Origin: Felis catus
Taxonomy: Eukaryota
Length of the DNA stretch: 64,000 bases
Assembly (NCBI RefSeq): GCF_018350175.1
Contig: NC_058368.1
Span: 86,182,001-86,246,000, forward strand
Direction of reading: 5' to 3'
Numbering within the stretch: the stretch's first letter is position 1; each line of letters opens with the position of its first letter. Below, in pieces: positions 1 to 12,844 of this stretch. The translations under genes were made by a program, and so were the position numbers. The notes beneath the pieces are model-generated. The model saw nothing but the letters and a program-made list of their open reading frames with translations. It made no database searches and had not been told where the DNA came from.

Positions 1-646
1 TAGACTCAATTTGCTCATGATTTCATAAAACATAAATATTCAATCACTACCTTTTGGTAGTGGAAACTAATAAAGTATATCCGGTCAATTATGCTTCAGT
101 TAAAAAAAAAAATCTTGCTGTGTGAACAAGGGTTTAAGATAATAACATTTTGCACTCTCCTAAGCATAGAGATATGATTTTGGAGATACATACTTTACTC
201 TCATTCTCTTTGAATGACCTCCTCCAACTGTTATAAATGTAGTTAATAGTGTCAGAAAGAGATTTATTCAAACAGTTTGAAAAATTTTAAAAGCATTTGG
301 CAATACTTGTTACAGTGTTGTCCTTTGGGGATATTTTAATGTAAGACAGTTCAGAACTACTAAATACCCAACAGGTCCACTATTCTCGAGAGAATATCAT
401 CCTGGGCAGTGTTAGAGGGTCATGACTCAGACCTCTCTGAATCATAGTACAGGTTCTCAAAACTCTGTGAATAAGCTCTATGAGGATGAAACTTGTATTT
501 ACTTGTTATCCAGCTGCACAACACATGGCTCACAGATACAAAATATAGTTTCCAACCTCCATCTGTAATAAACTGCATCACCTTCACAGAGCAGTGAACT
601 CTCAGAATTTTTAGTTTCACTCTAATTTGTGTATTTCCTCTTAAAG

Positions 647-667
647 GTAAACTCCGGAAAGAATATG
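647..667 (+). CDS. 21-bp heptad micro-exon (G)KLRKEY
   Basis: tttcctcttaaag|GTAAACTCCGGAAAGAATATG|gtaagt; phase 1-1. Confidence 0.85.
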
Positions 668-820
668 GTAAGTCATTCATTATTTCCTTGTGTATATCAT
701 ATTGATCACGGTATAAAAAGTCAGGCCTTTTTTGAAGGAAAGTTTTAAGAGAAAAACACTTGGTAAAGATATAAGTATATAAATACCACTTTGGAATTTG
801 GGATTGTGCATTTCCTTTCA

Positions 821-1056
821 TTTTTTTTTCTTTTTTAAAAAAATTTTAAAGGTTTTTACTTTATTATTGAGAGACAGAGAGAGACAGAGCATGAGCAGGT
901 GAGAGGCAGAGATAGGAGGAGACACAGAATCTGAAGCAGGCTCCAGGCTCCATGCCGTCAGCACAGGGCCTGACGCGGGGCTCGAACTCACAAACCACGA
1001 GATCATGACCTGAGCCAAAGTTGGATGCTCAACCGACTGAGACACCCAGGCGCCCC
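821..1056 (-). mobile_element. CAN-SINE (SINEC_Fc-type)
   Basis: Reverse complement starts ggggcgcctgggtg; (GA)n and poly-T tail; TSD about tcatttttt. Confidence 0.95.
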
Positions 1057-2074
1057 TCATTTTTTCTTAATTAGGTTGTTCAAGTGTCCATGAGCTCTAT
1101 TAGGTCATGCTGTGTCTAATCCCTTGAAGTTTGCAAATGTTGCTTTGATTCTACAGAGAGGAGAAACTGGGTAATACTTGAGGAAAATACTAAAGGAAGG
1201 TCTGCAGTTAAATCTACCAGATATACTGAAAAGGTACAGGGTGCTACATTTCAATGCACAGCACAGCCTTGTCTACTATCCAAATCTCTACTAATGTTAG
1301 CTATTCTCACTTTTTGTTGTTTGTTTGAAGTGCATGTTTTACTTGCTAACCCACTTTCACTGGAATTGAGAAAAGGAAGCTTGTATAAAATGTACTTGGA
1401 GAACATTTTTTTTCTCTTCTGCATTTTCAAAATTTCCTCATGTCTTGAGGATTCTTTCTTACCTATTCTGACCCACTCAAATTTAAAAAATTTTCCTCAT
1501 GTACCACACACCAGTTTCCAAAGTAGAAATTGCTGTTTGTGTTATCATCAGACTATGCTCCTAGATGAAGCATTAGAGGAAAATTATGTCTTTCAATGCC
1601 CAGGATTTCTTCTTGGGATGAGCAATAAAGACTAATTAGCTGTTTCAGGTTGTTTCTGGCTCTGGATATATTCTCCTCTCAAAGGCTCACTGATCTTGTC
1701 CCAGTCTCTTGTGGTTCAAACCCCATGTATAATCTGGATGAACTTTGCTTGGGAAATATTCTAGGATGACATCCACACAATCAGCAGATGGAACAGAATG
1801 GACTGACTTAGTTCTTGGAGAAAGGAGACCGTAGATGATGGAGTTATGAGCATATTTCATGATACTATGCAGTCTCTTAGAAATTATCTATTTGAGATAA
1901 TGTACACAATGCCTTCTTTTTTATTTTTTTTTCTTCTCTAGCTTTTAATTTTCACCTACTTGCCTAATATTTTACCAAGTCAGATGTTGAAAGATTTGAG
2001 TAAAGTCTGTTTCTTTAGAAATTCTTCCATATATACTTTGTTGAATTCTTTATTATATATTTGTTTTTACACAG

Positions 2075-2095
2075 AGCTCTTACGTGAACAGAAAG
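2075..2095 (+). CDS. 21-bp heptad micro-exon ELLREQK
   Basis: ttgtttttacacag|AGCTCTTACGTGAACAGAAAG|gtgagt; phase 1-1. Confidence 0.85.
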
Positions 2096-4764
2096 GTGAG
2101 TAGTATTTGTTTAAATTTTAGCGGCAGACATCATAGAAAAGTATATTGGTCAACTAAAATTTAGCAATTGATTCCATATCATAAACTATTTTTTAAATGG
2201 TCTCTCTTTTAAGCGGTTTCTCTATATATGATTAGTCATAAGTTGAAACTATTTTGTATTTTGTAACATTATAAATTATAAGTTCTATACATGATTTGCA
2301 TTTTAAAAGAGTCACAATGTGGCATCTTTGTTGAAATCTTTCTCCTGTTTATTATTTGTTTTGTTTTTTACAGTCTCAATAAGGTGTTCAGATATTCCTT
2401 TATGATTTTTCTACTATTACTTCTTAAATACAAATTAATACCTGAATTTTGATCTTCATATTGGTTTCTTCTAATATCTGAATCTATATTATTAAATAAC
2501 GATTAATGCTAATTCTATTTTATACAATAGGATGCCAATCAAATATATCACCATCAATATTGGGCACTTTTAAAGACTTTGCATTTTTCTATATGATATA
2601 TAAAATTTAAAAAATGTGATATGCATAAGCTTTGATATACCATATGCATATTTTTGTTTTGATTTTTCTTTATTCTTGGCCTTGTTTTTAGGATATTTTT
2701 TAATGGTAATTTGGTCTCTGTACCTTTGTACTTGTTTTTCTCTATTCCTGAAATATTTTATTTCTGTAATCATTTCCTAATTAACTCTGTTTTTCCTGTG
2801 GGAACCTGGTGAACCCTCACTAGTTGAGAGAGGGATATGAGTAGTCTATGGTATCCCACAGCCACGCATTCTCTCATTATTGTTTTTCATGGTGATCTGT
2901 GCATGTGACAGGTCAGAGCTATGTGTCCTCCTTTACTGAGGGAGCCTGATCCATGCGGAGCTAAGGGCGGCCAGTCCACAAATATCTGTTGAGTGGAAAA
3001 AATTATTTGTATTTATATTTTTCTTTGTCAAATTGTTTTGCTCCTTGTTTTTCTAGATTATGTATGAAATAAAATATTAGCTAGGAAACAGACCTAATGT
3101 TTTATTTCCTGATCTAGGGTTTAAAGATCACATAACACCTAATTTTTGGAGAAACACTTATGTCAAAATTAATTTCTTATATTTCCTTAATACTATATTG
3201 AATTGAATCTCATGTCTTTGGCCATGCAACTCTGGGCCAAGTGGCGCAAGGTGAAGAATCTTATCCTGGAGATGCCTAGAAATATATTTGGCATGAGACT
3301 TTCAGTTAGGCTCTATGTGACCTCAAGAGAGTGATGTGGAGGGAACACTTCCTAAGAGAGTTACTAAGTACTCTTCTCCCATGAAAGGCTATCGTTCATG
3401 TGGGAATTGACAGGGAGGACCTTAAGGAATCTGCCAAAATCCTCTCCAAAAGAAAGTGATAATTTGAACATCTAAGCACGCAGATGACCCTCATGTGAGA
3501 CAAGTTTTTCTCCTTCCTTTACACAAACTCCCACTCCACTCCACCTTCAGTTCTCATTCCTGGAGGAACCACAAGTTTCATGGGAGGTGAGAGAAGGTAG
3601 GAGACCTGAGGCAGAAGGCAAATGGGCCATTGCATGGCCTGAACAATTTAATACTCAAAATAGACATGAAAAAATAATTCTGGGAAATTTATTTGAAACG
3701 TTAACAGTGAGATTAAATAAGGTTGTTTTTTGCATAAACTTGATGATTTCTAAGTTATTCTACAAACCAGTTATAAAGCTACATATAACTATGGCCCTAT
3801 ACTCACGTTTGGTCAAATGTTTGATAAATAGCTATTGAAAATATACTTGTTTAAATAAATTTGGTAATGTCAAGAAACATACTATATTATTATCTACTTA
3901 AGAAAATTCTCAAGAAAGGCCTTGTGAACAGTTTTGCTGACTCTTCTCTGAAACACTCAAAGAAATGGGTTATCCCGAAGTGGTTGGGGGTACAATCCAT
4001 TGAAATTCCAATCGACCCTAAGTCTGCAGCCATGTGGCGTTCATTCTGGAAGACAAATCTGCAGTAAGTTTATATTAATGTAAGATAAACATGGTATGTT
4101 TCCAAGACTGTACATCTAAACAGCCTGTAGTTTGGAACATTTTAAGGTGTGAAGTGGGAAAGTACCTCCTTATTTCTAAAAATCCAAGACAGACACCTTA
4201 AGTTTTTATGGTTGCTCAAATAAAGGATATATTGCTAGAGCTGAGTATGCCAAATATACCACATCTTTAATGCAAAGTAAGGTAAACCAAACCCTCCATT
4301 TCAGTAAATCCTCCTTTCTCAGAAGCCCCCCCCCCACTTCATTTCCTTCTCATCAGCTGCCAGGTATTGTAAATGAAGTGTGATAAAATGAGGGTCTGAA
4401 GGCCACTTTCAGACTTCCCTCTTATCCTGGAAAGAATGGGTAGAATTTGTAGGTCCTTGGCACTTATATTCTCAAATTTGAGACATCATCCAAAAGAGAT
4501 CACTTTTAATATCCTATTTTATATCTACATAAACACATTTACAAGTCAAACAGTATGTATTTAGTTTGTGTTTATTATTATTATTATTATTATTCAGGAA
4601 ATAACTATCTCTCTCTGTGTCACACATATACACTGGATCATTAAGTCTTTGTTCTCAGGGTCTCTGCTTTCAAATTGAGACCAAATAATAGGACAGATAT
4701 TCCATGAATAGGGATAAGAGGACACATTCTAACAAACATTTTCTTTCTTTATTTCTTTAAATAG

Positions 4765-4785
4765 GGAACATAGAAAAAAAGAACG
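4765..4785 (+). CDS. 21-bp heptad micro-exon GNIEKKN
   Basis: tttctttaaatag|GGAACATAGAAAAAAAGAACG|gtaagt; phase 1-1. Confidence 0.8.
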
Positions 4786-7029
4786 GTAAGTGATATTTAT
4801 ATTTGATTGAAGCAGTGTTTGAATATCCCATATCAATATTCCAATATTGATGTTCTTTCATTATTATTAAAGAACAAATTCCAGGCACCCCATGTGTGAC
4901 CTAAAAGTTTTCGAAACAAGTAAAGTATCTTCCTGCTACTTTAAAAAGTGAACATAACTATTCATAAGACAAAGTTTTAGGCATAAATACAGAAGAACAA
5001 GATGAATCCATGTGTGCCATTAGCGCTGGAACTCAGGTCTTATGTTCAGTGCCATTCAGTGAGGTCATTTGTCTTTTGTATATATAGTAATTAACTGACT
5101 ATTTTACAGTCAGTGCTTAAGAAACAATGAGACAAAAGGACTATCTTTCTTTATGGAAGTTGCTGTAAGAATGATACAAATTCCACATTTAAATAATAAA
5201 TAAAAAACAAATATTCTAATATTTGTTATGGAGGAGGGTTAATGATACCATGGATAGTACAACAGTTGGACTGGGCTTAGACATGAGGTTCTAGATTTGC
5301 TAAAGAAGGTCAATGCAGAAGAGGCTGGAGATATTGAAAAGGACAGGTAGATCAAAGAGAGAACTACCACATGTAAAGCAGAAAGCACAACATGCACTAA
5401 ACTCTGAGGGGAGGTGAGCCTGTGGTTCCATTAGAAGAGACAATATTAGCCAGGTGCCTCTGGTTCTGAAAACCTAGACAAGGCTATACGTAGGCAAAGG
5501 CTGGTAAATGCAACATCTCCTTACCATTCTAAGAATTTTGAATGCTCTCTAAGAATTTTGAATATTATCCAAGAAAATAAGGAAATCATATAAATTCTAA
5601 AAAGGGGTACAGTGACAAGATTTTCAATTCAAAAATGTTATTTTCTTGAAGGTAGAGAACAGATTATATGGTTAGTGGTGAAAAAAAAAAAGAAAAGAAA
5701 AAGGAAAGCTAGGACAATCTACTCTGAGATATACACTGAACTAAATAAACAGGTCTTAAAAGTCTGTACATGTTTGTGTACAGCCTGTGTAAAATCGGTA
5801 GTTTAATGGAAAAGAGAAATCCTATGTAAAGTCTATGGTTTAATTTTGACTCTAATTTCCATGACCTGGAAGCCTATGTCCCTGCTGCGTTTAATTTTGG
5901 AATCCTATTAAGGTTTAGATTTTCTATGCAACAAACATTCTCACTTAAGGAAAGCTGTTGATCAAATGTAAAAGTACTCTGAATGGGTCTGTATAACATA
6001 AGCCCATTCTGACTGAAATCAGAATTAACTACAAATTAATCCAATTCTGAAACCACTATACATATATTTGTTACATTTCTAATAATTTTTCTCAACTCAT
6101 TTTCCCAGAATTGAATTAGTAAAGAAAAACTTGAATTCATTTCATAAAAAATACCAACAAGTATCTTTTCTCTTATCAAAAAAAAAAAAAATAAACGTGA
6201 TTCATGGAAGAATGAAAGGATTTATCTGTTTAACAAAGGTAGGTTAGTCATGTGGGACATATCCTGAGAGGAAAAAAAAAAATATTTGTCTTCATTGTCC
6301 TCCTCATCATCATCTTCACCACCACCAACAACCTACATTTATTTATTAATGCTCTTTACATTTAAAAAATGTGCTTTACAATAGTAATACATAGGCAAAT
6401 ATGGAGCACATATTTCTTTCTGTCATGTACCTAAAATTAAAAGAAGAATAAAGTAAATGTATTAATAAAGTAATACATCAATGAACTAGCAGAAACTATG
6501 ACTGAGGAGGTAGATAGAAGGCAGATAATAACCAACCTCTTAATTTTAGAATTTAATATTTATCTTATGAGTGGTGAAAGGAACTGAGGAATTCTGAGTA
6601 AGTAGGTATTCAACATAAAAATTATAAGATCCTAGTTTTAAAAAGACTGCATTAGAGAATCCATTGATGTGTGCAGGAGTGGGCATTGGAAGACCTGTAA
6701 AGGAGCTTCCACAGTCAATAAGCAAGACTCAGAAGGCTGATGAAGGGTGGAGGTTGGTGGAAGGGCTTGGGAGAGCAGGAAACCTAAGATGGAGCTAGAG
6801 TCAAATGACCATAATGAATAATTCAATGTGGAGGGTGGAGTGGGAGGAAATGGAGAAGGAAATACAAACAAAACGCCCCTCTTAGTGGCCTGTACAGCTG
6901 GATCCAGTGATTTTATTCACTAAGTTGGTAATAAAATTCAATACTTAATTCATCAACTCTCTTAACATTAGTAATCTCTTCAATTGCCTAAACTTCTGAT
7001 AATTAGAACGAATCCCTCAGTGACACTTG

Positions 7030-7063
<34 letters not shown>

Positions 7064-7331
7064 TTAATCTTCATTCTCTGTTTTGGATTTATTGTTTTGT
7101 CTTTGCTTTTTATAGTCACAAACTGAATTTTTATTTTATACATTTTTTGACACAGTCATTTTTCTGTATATCATTTGTCTTTTATTCCCTTTCTGTCAGA
7201 TCACCTGAAGGATGGGATTTATAAATGAACAGCAATTTTGTTTTTAATTTTATGAGAATAAGGGAAAAATCAGTAATTCAATGCTTAAAAAATAAAGTTT
7301 ATTAAGTTTTATTTAAAAATAAGTCAGTTAA

Positions 7332-7524
7332 GGGGTGCCTGGGTGGCTCAGTCGGTTAAGCATCTGACTTCAGCTCAGGTCATAATCTCACAGTCCGTGA
7401 GTTCCAGACCCCCGTTAGGTTTTGTGCTGACATCTCAGAGCCTGGAGCCTGTTTCAGACTCTGTGTCTCCCTCTCTGCCCCTCCCCTGCTCATGCTCTGT
7501 CTCTCAAAAAAATAATTAAAAAAA
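7332..7524 (+). mobile_element. CAN-SINE
   Basis: ggggtgcctgggtggctcagtcggttaag head, CT-rich tract, A tail. Confidence 0.95.
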
Positions 7525-7749
7525 TATCAGTTAATTATGCTATAGAATAGTGTTTATTTTCATTAAAATGTTACAATTAATCTCTAAAAGAATATAGCAC
7601 ATTATGAAAAACATGCATTAGATTATTCCTTTCACTATTGTGGGGTAAAACTATTCTGCATATTTAGATAATGAGAATATGGCAAGATATTTTAAAGGGA
7701 TTATAGATGGGTAATAGACACCTAATGGGTCCCTTTTTCTTTCCTTGAC

Positions 7750-7973
7750 TTTTTTTTTTTAATTTTTTTTTCAACGTTTATTTTATTTTTGGGACAGAGA
7801 GACACAGAGCATGAACGGGGGAGGGTCAGAGAGAGGGAGACACAAAATCGGAAACAGGCTCCAGCCTCCGAGCCATCAGCCCAGAGCCTGACGCGGGGCT
7901 CGACCTCAGGGACCGCGAGTTCGTGACCTGGCTGAAGCCGGACGCTTAACCGACTGCGCCACCCAGGCGCCCC
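7750..7973 (-). mobile_element. Young CAN-SINE (CpG-rich SINEC_Fc-type)
   Basis: CpGs retained; TSD tttccttgactttt on both sides. Confidence 0.95.
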
Positions 7974-8923
7974 TTTCCTTGACTTTTTAAAAATAAATTG
8001 ACACATATCATTTTTGTAACAAATTATGTTTATAATTAAACACAAAGAATATAACCCTTGTGAAAATGAGCACAAATACCTCGGATGGCCCTTCTCTTAA
8101 AGCACCTTGATTTTGGAATGGTGCTTCAATTGTCAGGCAGCTTGTTAATGCCTCTGTGGGTGAAGAAACTGGGTCTTATTCATCACAATGAAAATAGTGC
8201 TTTGTCTAAAAAAGAGTCTCAGTAAAAATGTGCTGGATAAGTAGAAAATTTTAGCAGTTAAATTAGGAATATCATGAATAAAAAGTAATAAATGCTACTT
8301 GTGGACATGTCAGATAAGTTAAATACCAGATGCTGAATGCAGATTTTTTTTTCACGTTAGCTCATTTATCCATCACATTGTAAATAACAGTATCAACCTA
8401 ATTTATGGTACTTTCTTGATATCACACAGATCACACTTGAGAGAGATATAATTTGGTTATATTTGGAAAAGCTCTGTTCATATTTTGAACCAACTCTAGC
8501 TGGCCACCATGAGACTCTAGTTTAAAATTTTATTATCTATTCACATAAGTGCAATTTCTAACTGCATGACAATTTGTGTTTCATAAATTTTTATATTACT
8601 TACAACTCTATGCCCTATCTTTGAATATCAATTTCTTCCTTAATTTACATGACTGTGATTTCTGTGGTAGTGCCTATATTTTTGTGCTTACATATGTAGC
8701 ACAAAAACAGACAAAAAGATTAAATGATAAATCATGATTATATTATAGTGAAATGATAAATAATTATTGTTATAATTTTCTTAGAAGAATGTTTTGTTGT
8801 CTGGATTATAAAATAAAATCACCATTTTGATTCTGAATGCATGATGTACCCATATATTGATTTATTTAAAATAAATTATTTAAAATAAATTACCTTATTT
8901 ATTTATTTAAAATAAATTACCTT

Positions 8924-9165
8924 GGGGGTTATTGGGTGGCTCAGTCAGTTGAGCATCTGACTCTTGATTTCAGTTCAGTTCATGATCTCACAGTTCGTGC
9001 ATTTGAGCCCTGCACTGAGCCCTATGTCAGGCTCTGTACCATTAGTGTGGAGACTGCTTGGGATTTTCTCTCATCCTTCCTTTCTGCCCCTCTGCTGCTT
9101 GCACATGCTTTCTCTCTCTCTCTTTAAAAATAAATAAGTAAAATTTTAAAAAAAATTAAAAAAAA
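8924..9165 (+). mobile_element. Older CAN-SINE
   Basis: tgggtggctcagtcagttgagcatctgactcttgatttc head; A tail. Confidence 0.9.
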
Positions 9166-9349
9166 CTTTTTTTTTCCTAGTAAATGCAAAACTTTTGCAA
9201 AGGAAAAAAAAACTCTATTGATAACTGGATGCTAAATATTCTTAAGTCACATATCAATTTCAGGTACATATTGAACAATATATTGAACACATATTAAACA
9301 TTATATCTGGCAAAGCTCATATCCCTAAGAATTCCGTTTTTTTTTTTAA

Positions 9350-10325
9350 CGTGATACATTTCTATTTGGAATATATTGACCACACTATAACCTGGTAATG
9401 TTCACATCAATATCACATCACATAATTATCATTTATTTTTTGTGGTGAGGATATTTAAAATCTAGTCTCTTAGCAACTTTGAAACAGCTCTTTAAAACCA
9501 AAATAAAATAAAATAACATAATTAAATTAAATTAAATTAAATTGTGCTTATTTTTTTATCTTTTTTATTGAGATATAATTGACAAATTACATTGTGTAAG
9601 TTTAAGGTATACAATGTGTTGATTCCATACATTTACATATTGCAATATAATTATCACCAAGGCATTAACTAACAACTCCATAATGTTGCATAATTATGAT
9701 TTATTTACTGAGTAAGAAAAATCAAGATCTATCTTCTTAACAACTTTGATTTTTCTAATACTGTGTATTTGACAATAATTATTATGCTGTACAACAGATC
9801 TCAAAAACTTATTCATTTCCAGTTTTAAGTTTATACCCTTGGGCAAAATCTCTTAAATTCCCTCTACCTCCAGCCTTTGGTAATCATTATTCTATTCTCT
9901 GTTTCTATGACTTCAGGTTTTTTTTAAATTCCATATATAAGTGATATCGCACAGTATTTTTCTTTCTCTTTCTGACTTACTTAATTTAGCATAATGCCAT
10001 CACAATTCACTTTCATTCATGTGGTTACAACTGGCATTTACTTCTTTTTCCGTCGATAAATAACGAACAGTGACAATAATAATAATAATAATAATATACA
10101 TAGTGATGTTGACCATATTTTTATGTACCTGTTGTTCTTTTGGCTATTTGTATGTCTTCTGTGGGGAAATGTCTACTCATTCCCTTTGTCCATTTTTTAA
10201 AACCAGATTGTTTGCTTTTTGCTATTGAGTCGTATATGTTTTTATATGGTTTCGACATTAACTCTTTCCTCATGATTTGCAAATATTGTCTTGCTTTCTG
10301 ATTGCTGCCTTTTCATTTTGTTGAT
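9350..10325 (-). mobile_element. Old L1 (L1MA-like) 3' end fragments
   Basis: ttttattgagatataattgaca...ctattctctgtttctatg...ttccatatataagtga, typical antisense L1M 3' UTR and ORF2 end. Confidence 0.75.
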
Positions 10326-10615
10326 TTTTCTCACAGTTCTGGAAGCTGGGAAATCCAAGTACAGGGCACCGGCAAATCTGGTGTCTGAGAGTCCACTTCC
10401 TTGTTTGCAGATGGCCATGTTCTCACTGTTCTGTCACAAGGCAGAAGATGGGAGCAAGAACAAGTGTTCATGGCTCTTCTTATGAGGGCACTAATCCTAT
10501 TCATGAGGGCTCCACTGTAAAGACCTAATTACTTTCCAAAGCCCCAACTTTCTAATATTATTACACTGGGTTTAAAAGCATATGAATTTTGTAGAAATAA
10601 ATTCCATCCATAAAC
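10326..10615. mobile_element. MaLR LTR fragment (MLT1-like)
   Basis: ttctcacagttctggaagctggg...ttatgagggcactaatcctattcatgagggctccac...gacctaattac motif. Confidence 0.8.
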
Positions 10616-11595
10616 ATGACATTACAGGCACGGTAGCCAAAAATCTTGATGTTGACATATTTTTAAAAAATAAAACCTAGCAAACAGGTTACAGAATTTT
10701 CTACTTTTTAAATTGCCAGGAAATACCTAAATACTATAACCTTATGGCACTTTACCATGAAAAAGACATGTGGCAGCATATATTGCCCCTACCTCCACCA
10801 GCATGCTCAACAACTCACGCAAAGGAAGATAATAACATAAATAGTGGTGAAAGAAAGTAGAAAGAGAGTAAATGAACAGAAAATAAATAGGGTTAAAAGC
10901 CAAAGAAACGAAGGGCATGGAGCCCTATACCATTGGTGAAGCTGGAATCTTGTAGTTACTCTGATGTGTCAGGACAGAGAGTTGTAATACCATTTGTGGG
11001 TGGGTGTATCTCATTGTCCTTCTGACATCTGTGCATATGTGTGTATGGGAGTATTTTTCTGTGTGTGTGTATGTGTGTGTGTGTTTATATATTTTATATG
11101 TTACTGCACCTGTGGATTAAACTGGGTACAGTTTTCCTATCCCATAAAAATCACACATAAAAAATGAAAAAATTCATAGTATATTGAAATTCTTTCTTAA
11201 TATGTTAGGACTAAATTACATTTTCAAAACAAACATTATAGCTGAACTAACTGCATTTAGTTTTTAATTCTTAAGGTGCGGAGAAAAAATTATATCCAAA
11301 CTCACTGGCGCTTTCAATGCTAGTTTCTTAAATTTATCCTTTTTTTTTGTTCTTTTGATGAGGGCAGTCTGTCCATAGGCTTAATACAAACACCTGGGAG
11401 AGGCTATTTCTTGTCAAAATTTTGCATTATGATCCTTTGAATTACAATAAAGCAAAGGCAGCCAAAGACTCTAAATACCTATTTTCCAAATATGTAACTT
11501 GAATTCAATCTCTCTCTTTCTCTCTCTCTCTCTCTCTTTCTCTTTCTTCTTCCCAAGCAATTTACATGTGCAAAGATTAGAAAGAGAGTCTAGTT

Positions 11596-11814
11596 GGGGC
11601 ACCTGGGTGGCTTAGTCCGCTAAGCATCCAATTTTGGCTCAGGTCATGATCTCATGGTTCATGAGTCTTAGCTCCACATTGGGCCCTGTGCTGACAGCTC
11701 AGAGCTCAGAGCCTGAAACCTACATCTGATTCTGTGTCTCCCTCTCTCTCTATTCTCCTTCCCCACTCATGCTCTGTCTCTCTCTCTCTCAAAAATAAAT
11801 AAACATTAAAAAAA
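11596..11814 (+). mobile_element. CAN-SINE with a 20-bp TSD, ending about 50 bp upstream of the GKLHEEL exon
   Basis: TSD attagaaagagagtctagtt at 11576-11595 and 11815-11834. Confidence 0.95.
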
Positions 11815-11885
11815 ATTAGAAAGAGAGTCTAGTTAATGATTCCTGACCAAATTCTCACAAGACTTGTCACTGTTTTGCATTTCAG

Positions 11886-11906
11886 GAAAGCTTCATGAAG
11901 AACTTG
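11886..11906 (+). CDS. 21-bp heptad micro-exon GKLHEEL
   Basis: ttttgcatttcag|GAAAGCTTCATGAAGAACTTG|gtaagt; resembles the butyrophilin KLxEEL heptad. Confidence 0.9.
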
Positions 11907-11983
11907 GTAAGTAATATTTCTCTGTGAGGATAGACATGTAAATATATGTCAAAACAAACTCTTACCCTATCTCATTCTTTCAG

Positions 11984-12010
11984 AAAGGATAAAATTCTTG
12001 GGAGAAGAAG
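11984..12010 (+). CDS. 27-bp micro-exon ERIKFLGEE
   Basis: ctcattctttcag|AAAGGATAAAATTCTTGGGAGAAGAAG|gtgagt; preceded by a 77-bp intron. Confidence 0.9.
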
Positions 12011-12153
12011 GTGAGTAATGAAAATGACCATCTGTAGCCCTGACTCATGCACTTGCCTTTTGACCACTCATCCTTTTCTTGTTTTATTCATTGGTAAACC
12101 TTGGTTACAAAACTATACTCTTTTTCTTTTATTTTCTTTTTTTTTAATTTTAG

Positions 12154-12180
12154 GGTTGAAATATGCTCGACGCTATGCAG
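12154..12180 (+). CDS. 27-bp micro-exon GLKYARRYA (pre-PRY exon)
   Basis: Long polypyrimidine tract ...ttttag|GGTTGAAATATGCTCGACGCTATGCAG|gtaact; an ARxYA-like motif typically precedes VTLDPDT in butyrophilins. Confidence 0.9.
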
Positions 12181-12795
12181 GTAACTAGAGACTGAAGTAT
12201 TTGGATATTGGTTCTTATTTTTAGCCAGTACACTGGGCCACCAGACAAGGGGTCTCACAAACTCACACCAAACATATGCGCACGCACACACACACACATC
12301 CCTTTTTTTCTCCAAAATTTCCACTTTGTTATGCTTATTATTGAGTATGTTATAGCTATAGCTCCTTATATATCACAAATGGTCCTGCTTCTGAGGCTCA
12401 GTGATGGATGGAAGCAGAACATTAGAGCCCAAAATGATATCATCTAACATGCTTTTCAGAACCAGAAATTCATTGGCGAATGTCTCTAGGGTGTAGCTGA
12501 CAGGGAATGGGGTAAGGGCAGGCTGCCTTCTTACTATGTTAGGATGGAGGCTACTGACACAATGCCACTAATTTCCAAGGAACCAAAATTTGTGGCCCTT
12601 CATTTAATTTGTCAAACTGAAAAACCAGAAGTTTTTGACATCTAACAAATTGTCAAATTTATGACCTCTGTTTAATATTAGGAACAGCAACAATTTGTGT
12701 TATATTTTCTAACTTTGTATTAATGATTTCAAAGTATTTTCATTTGATTCCCACAAATACACTGTGAGGAAAAAATGCCAGGTATTAATATACTG

Positions 12796-12796
<1 letters not shown>

Positions 12797-12842
<46 letters not shown>
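12797..12842. repeat. (TA)n microsatellite
   Basis: Direct observation. Confidence 0.95.

Positions 12843-12844
<2 letters not shown>

Noticed and set aside
420..821. 133-aa minus-strand ORF
   Set aside because: No recognisable domain; antisense to the intron and micro-exon; length is plausible by chance.
818..1060. Recurrent short ORFs such as GAWVAQSV...VSSSPASG (also 20678, 42758, 55131)
   Set aside because: These are translations of CAN-SINE sequence.
1157..1170. Possible micro-exon ctacag|AGAGGAGAAACTGG|gtaata
   Set aside because: 14 bp breaks the frame and the donor is weak.
6109..6133. Acceptor-like tttcccag followed by heptad-looking codons
   Set aside because: In-frame TAG in phase 1 and no suitable donor.
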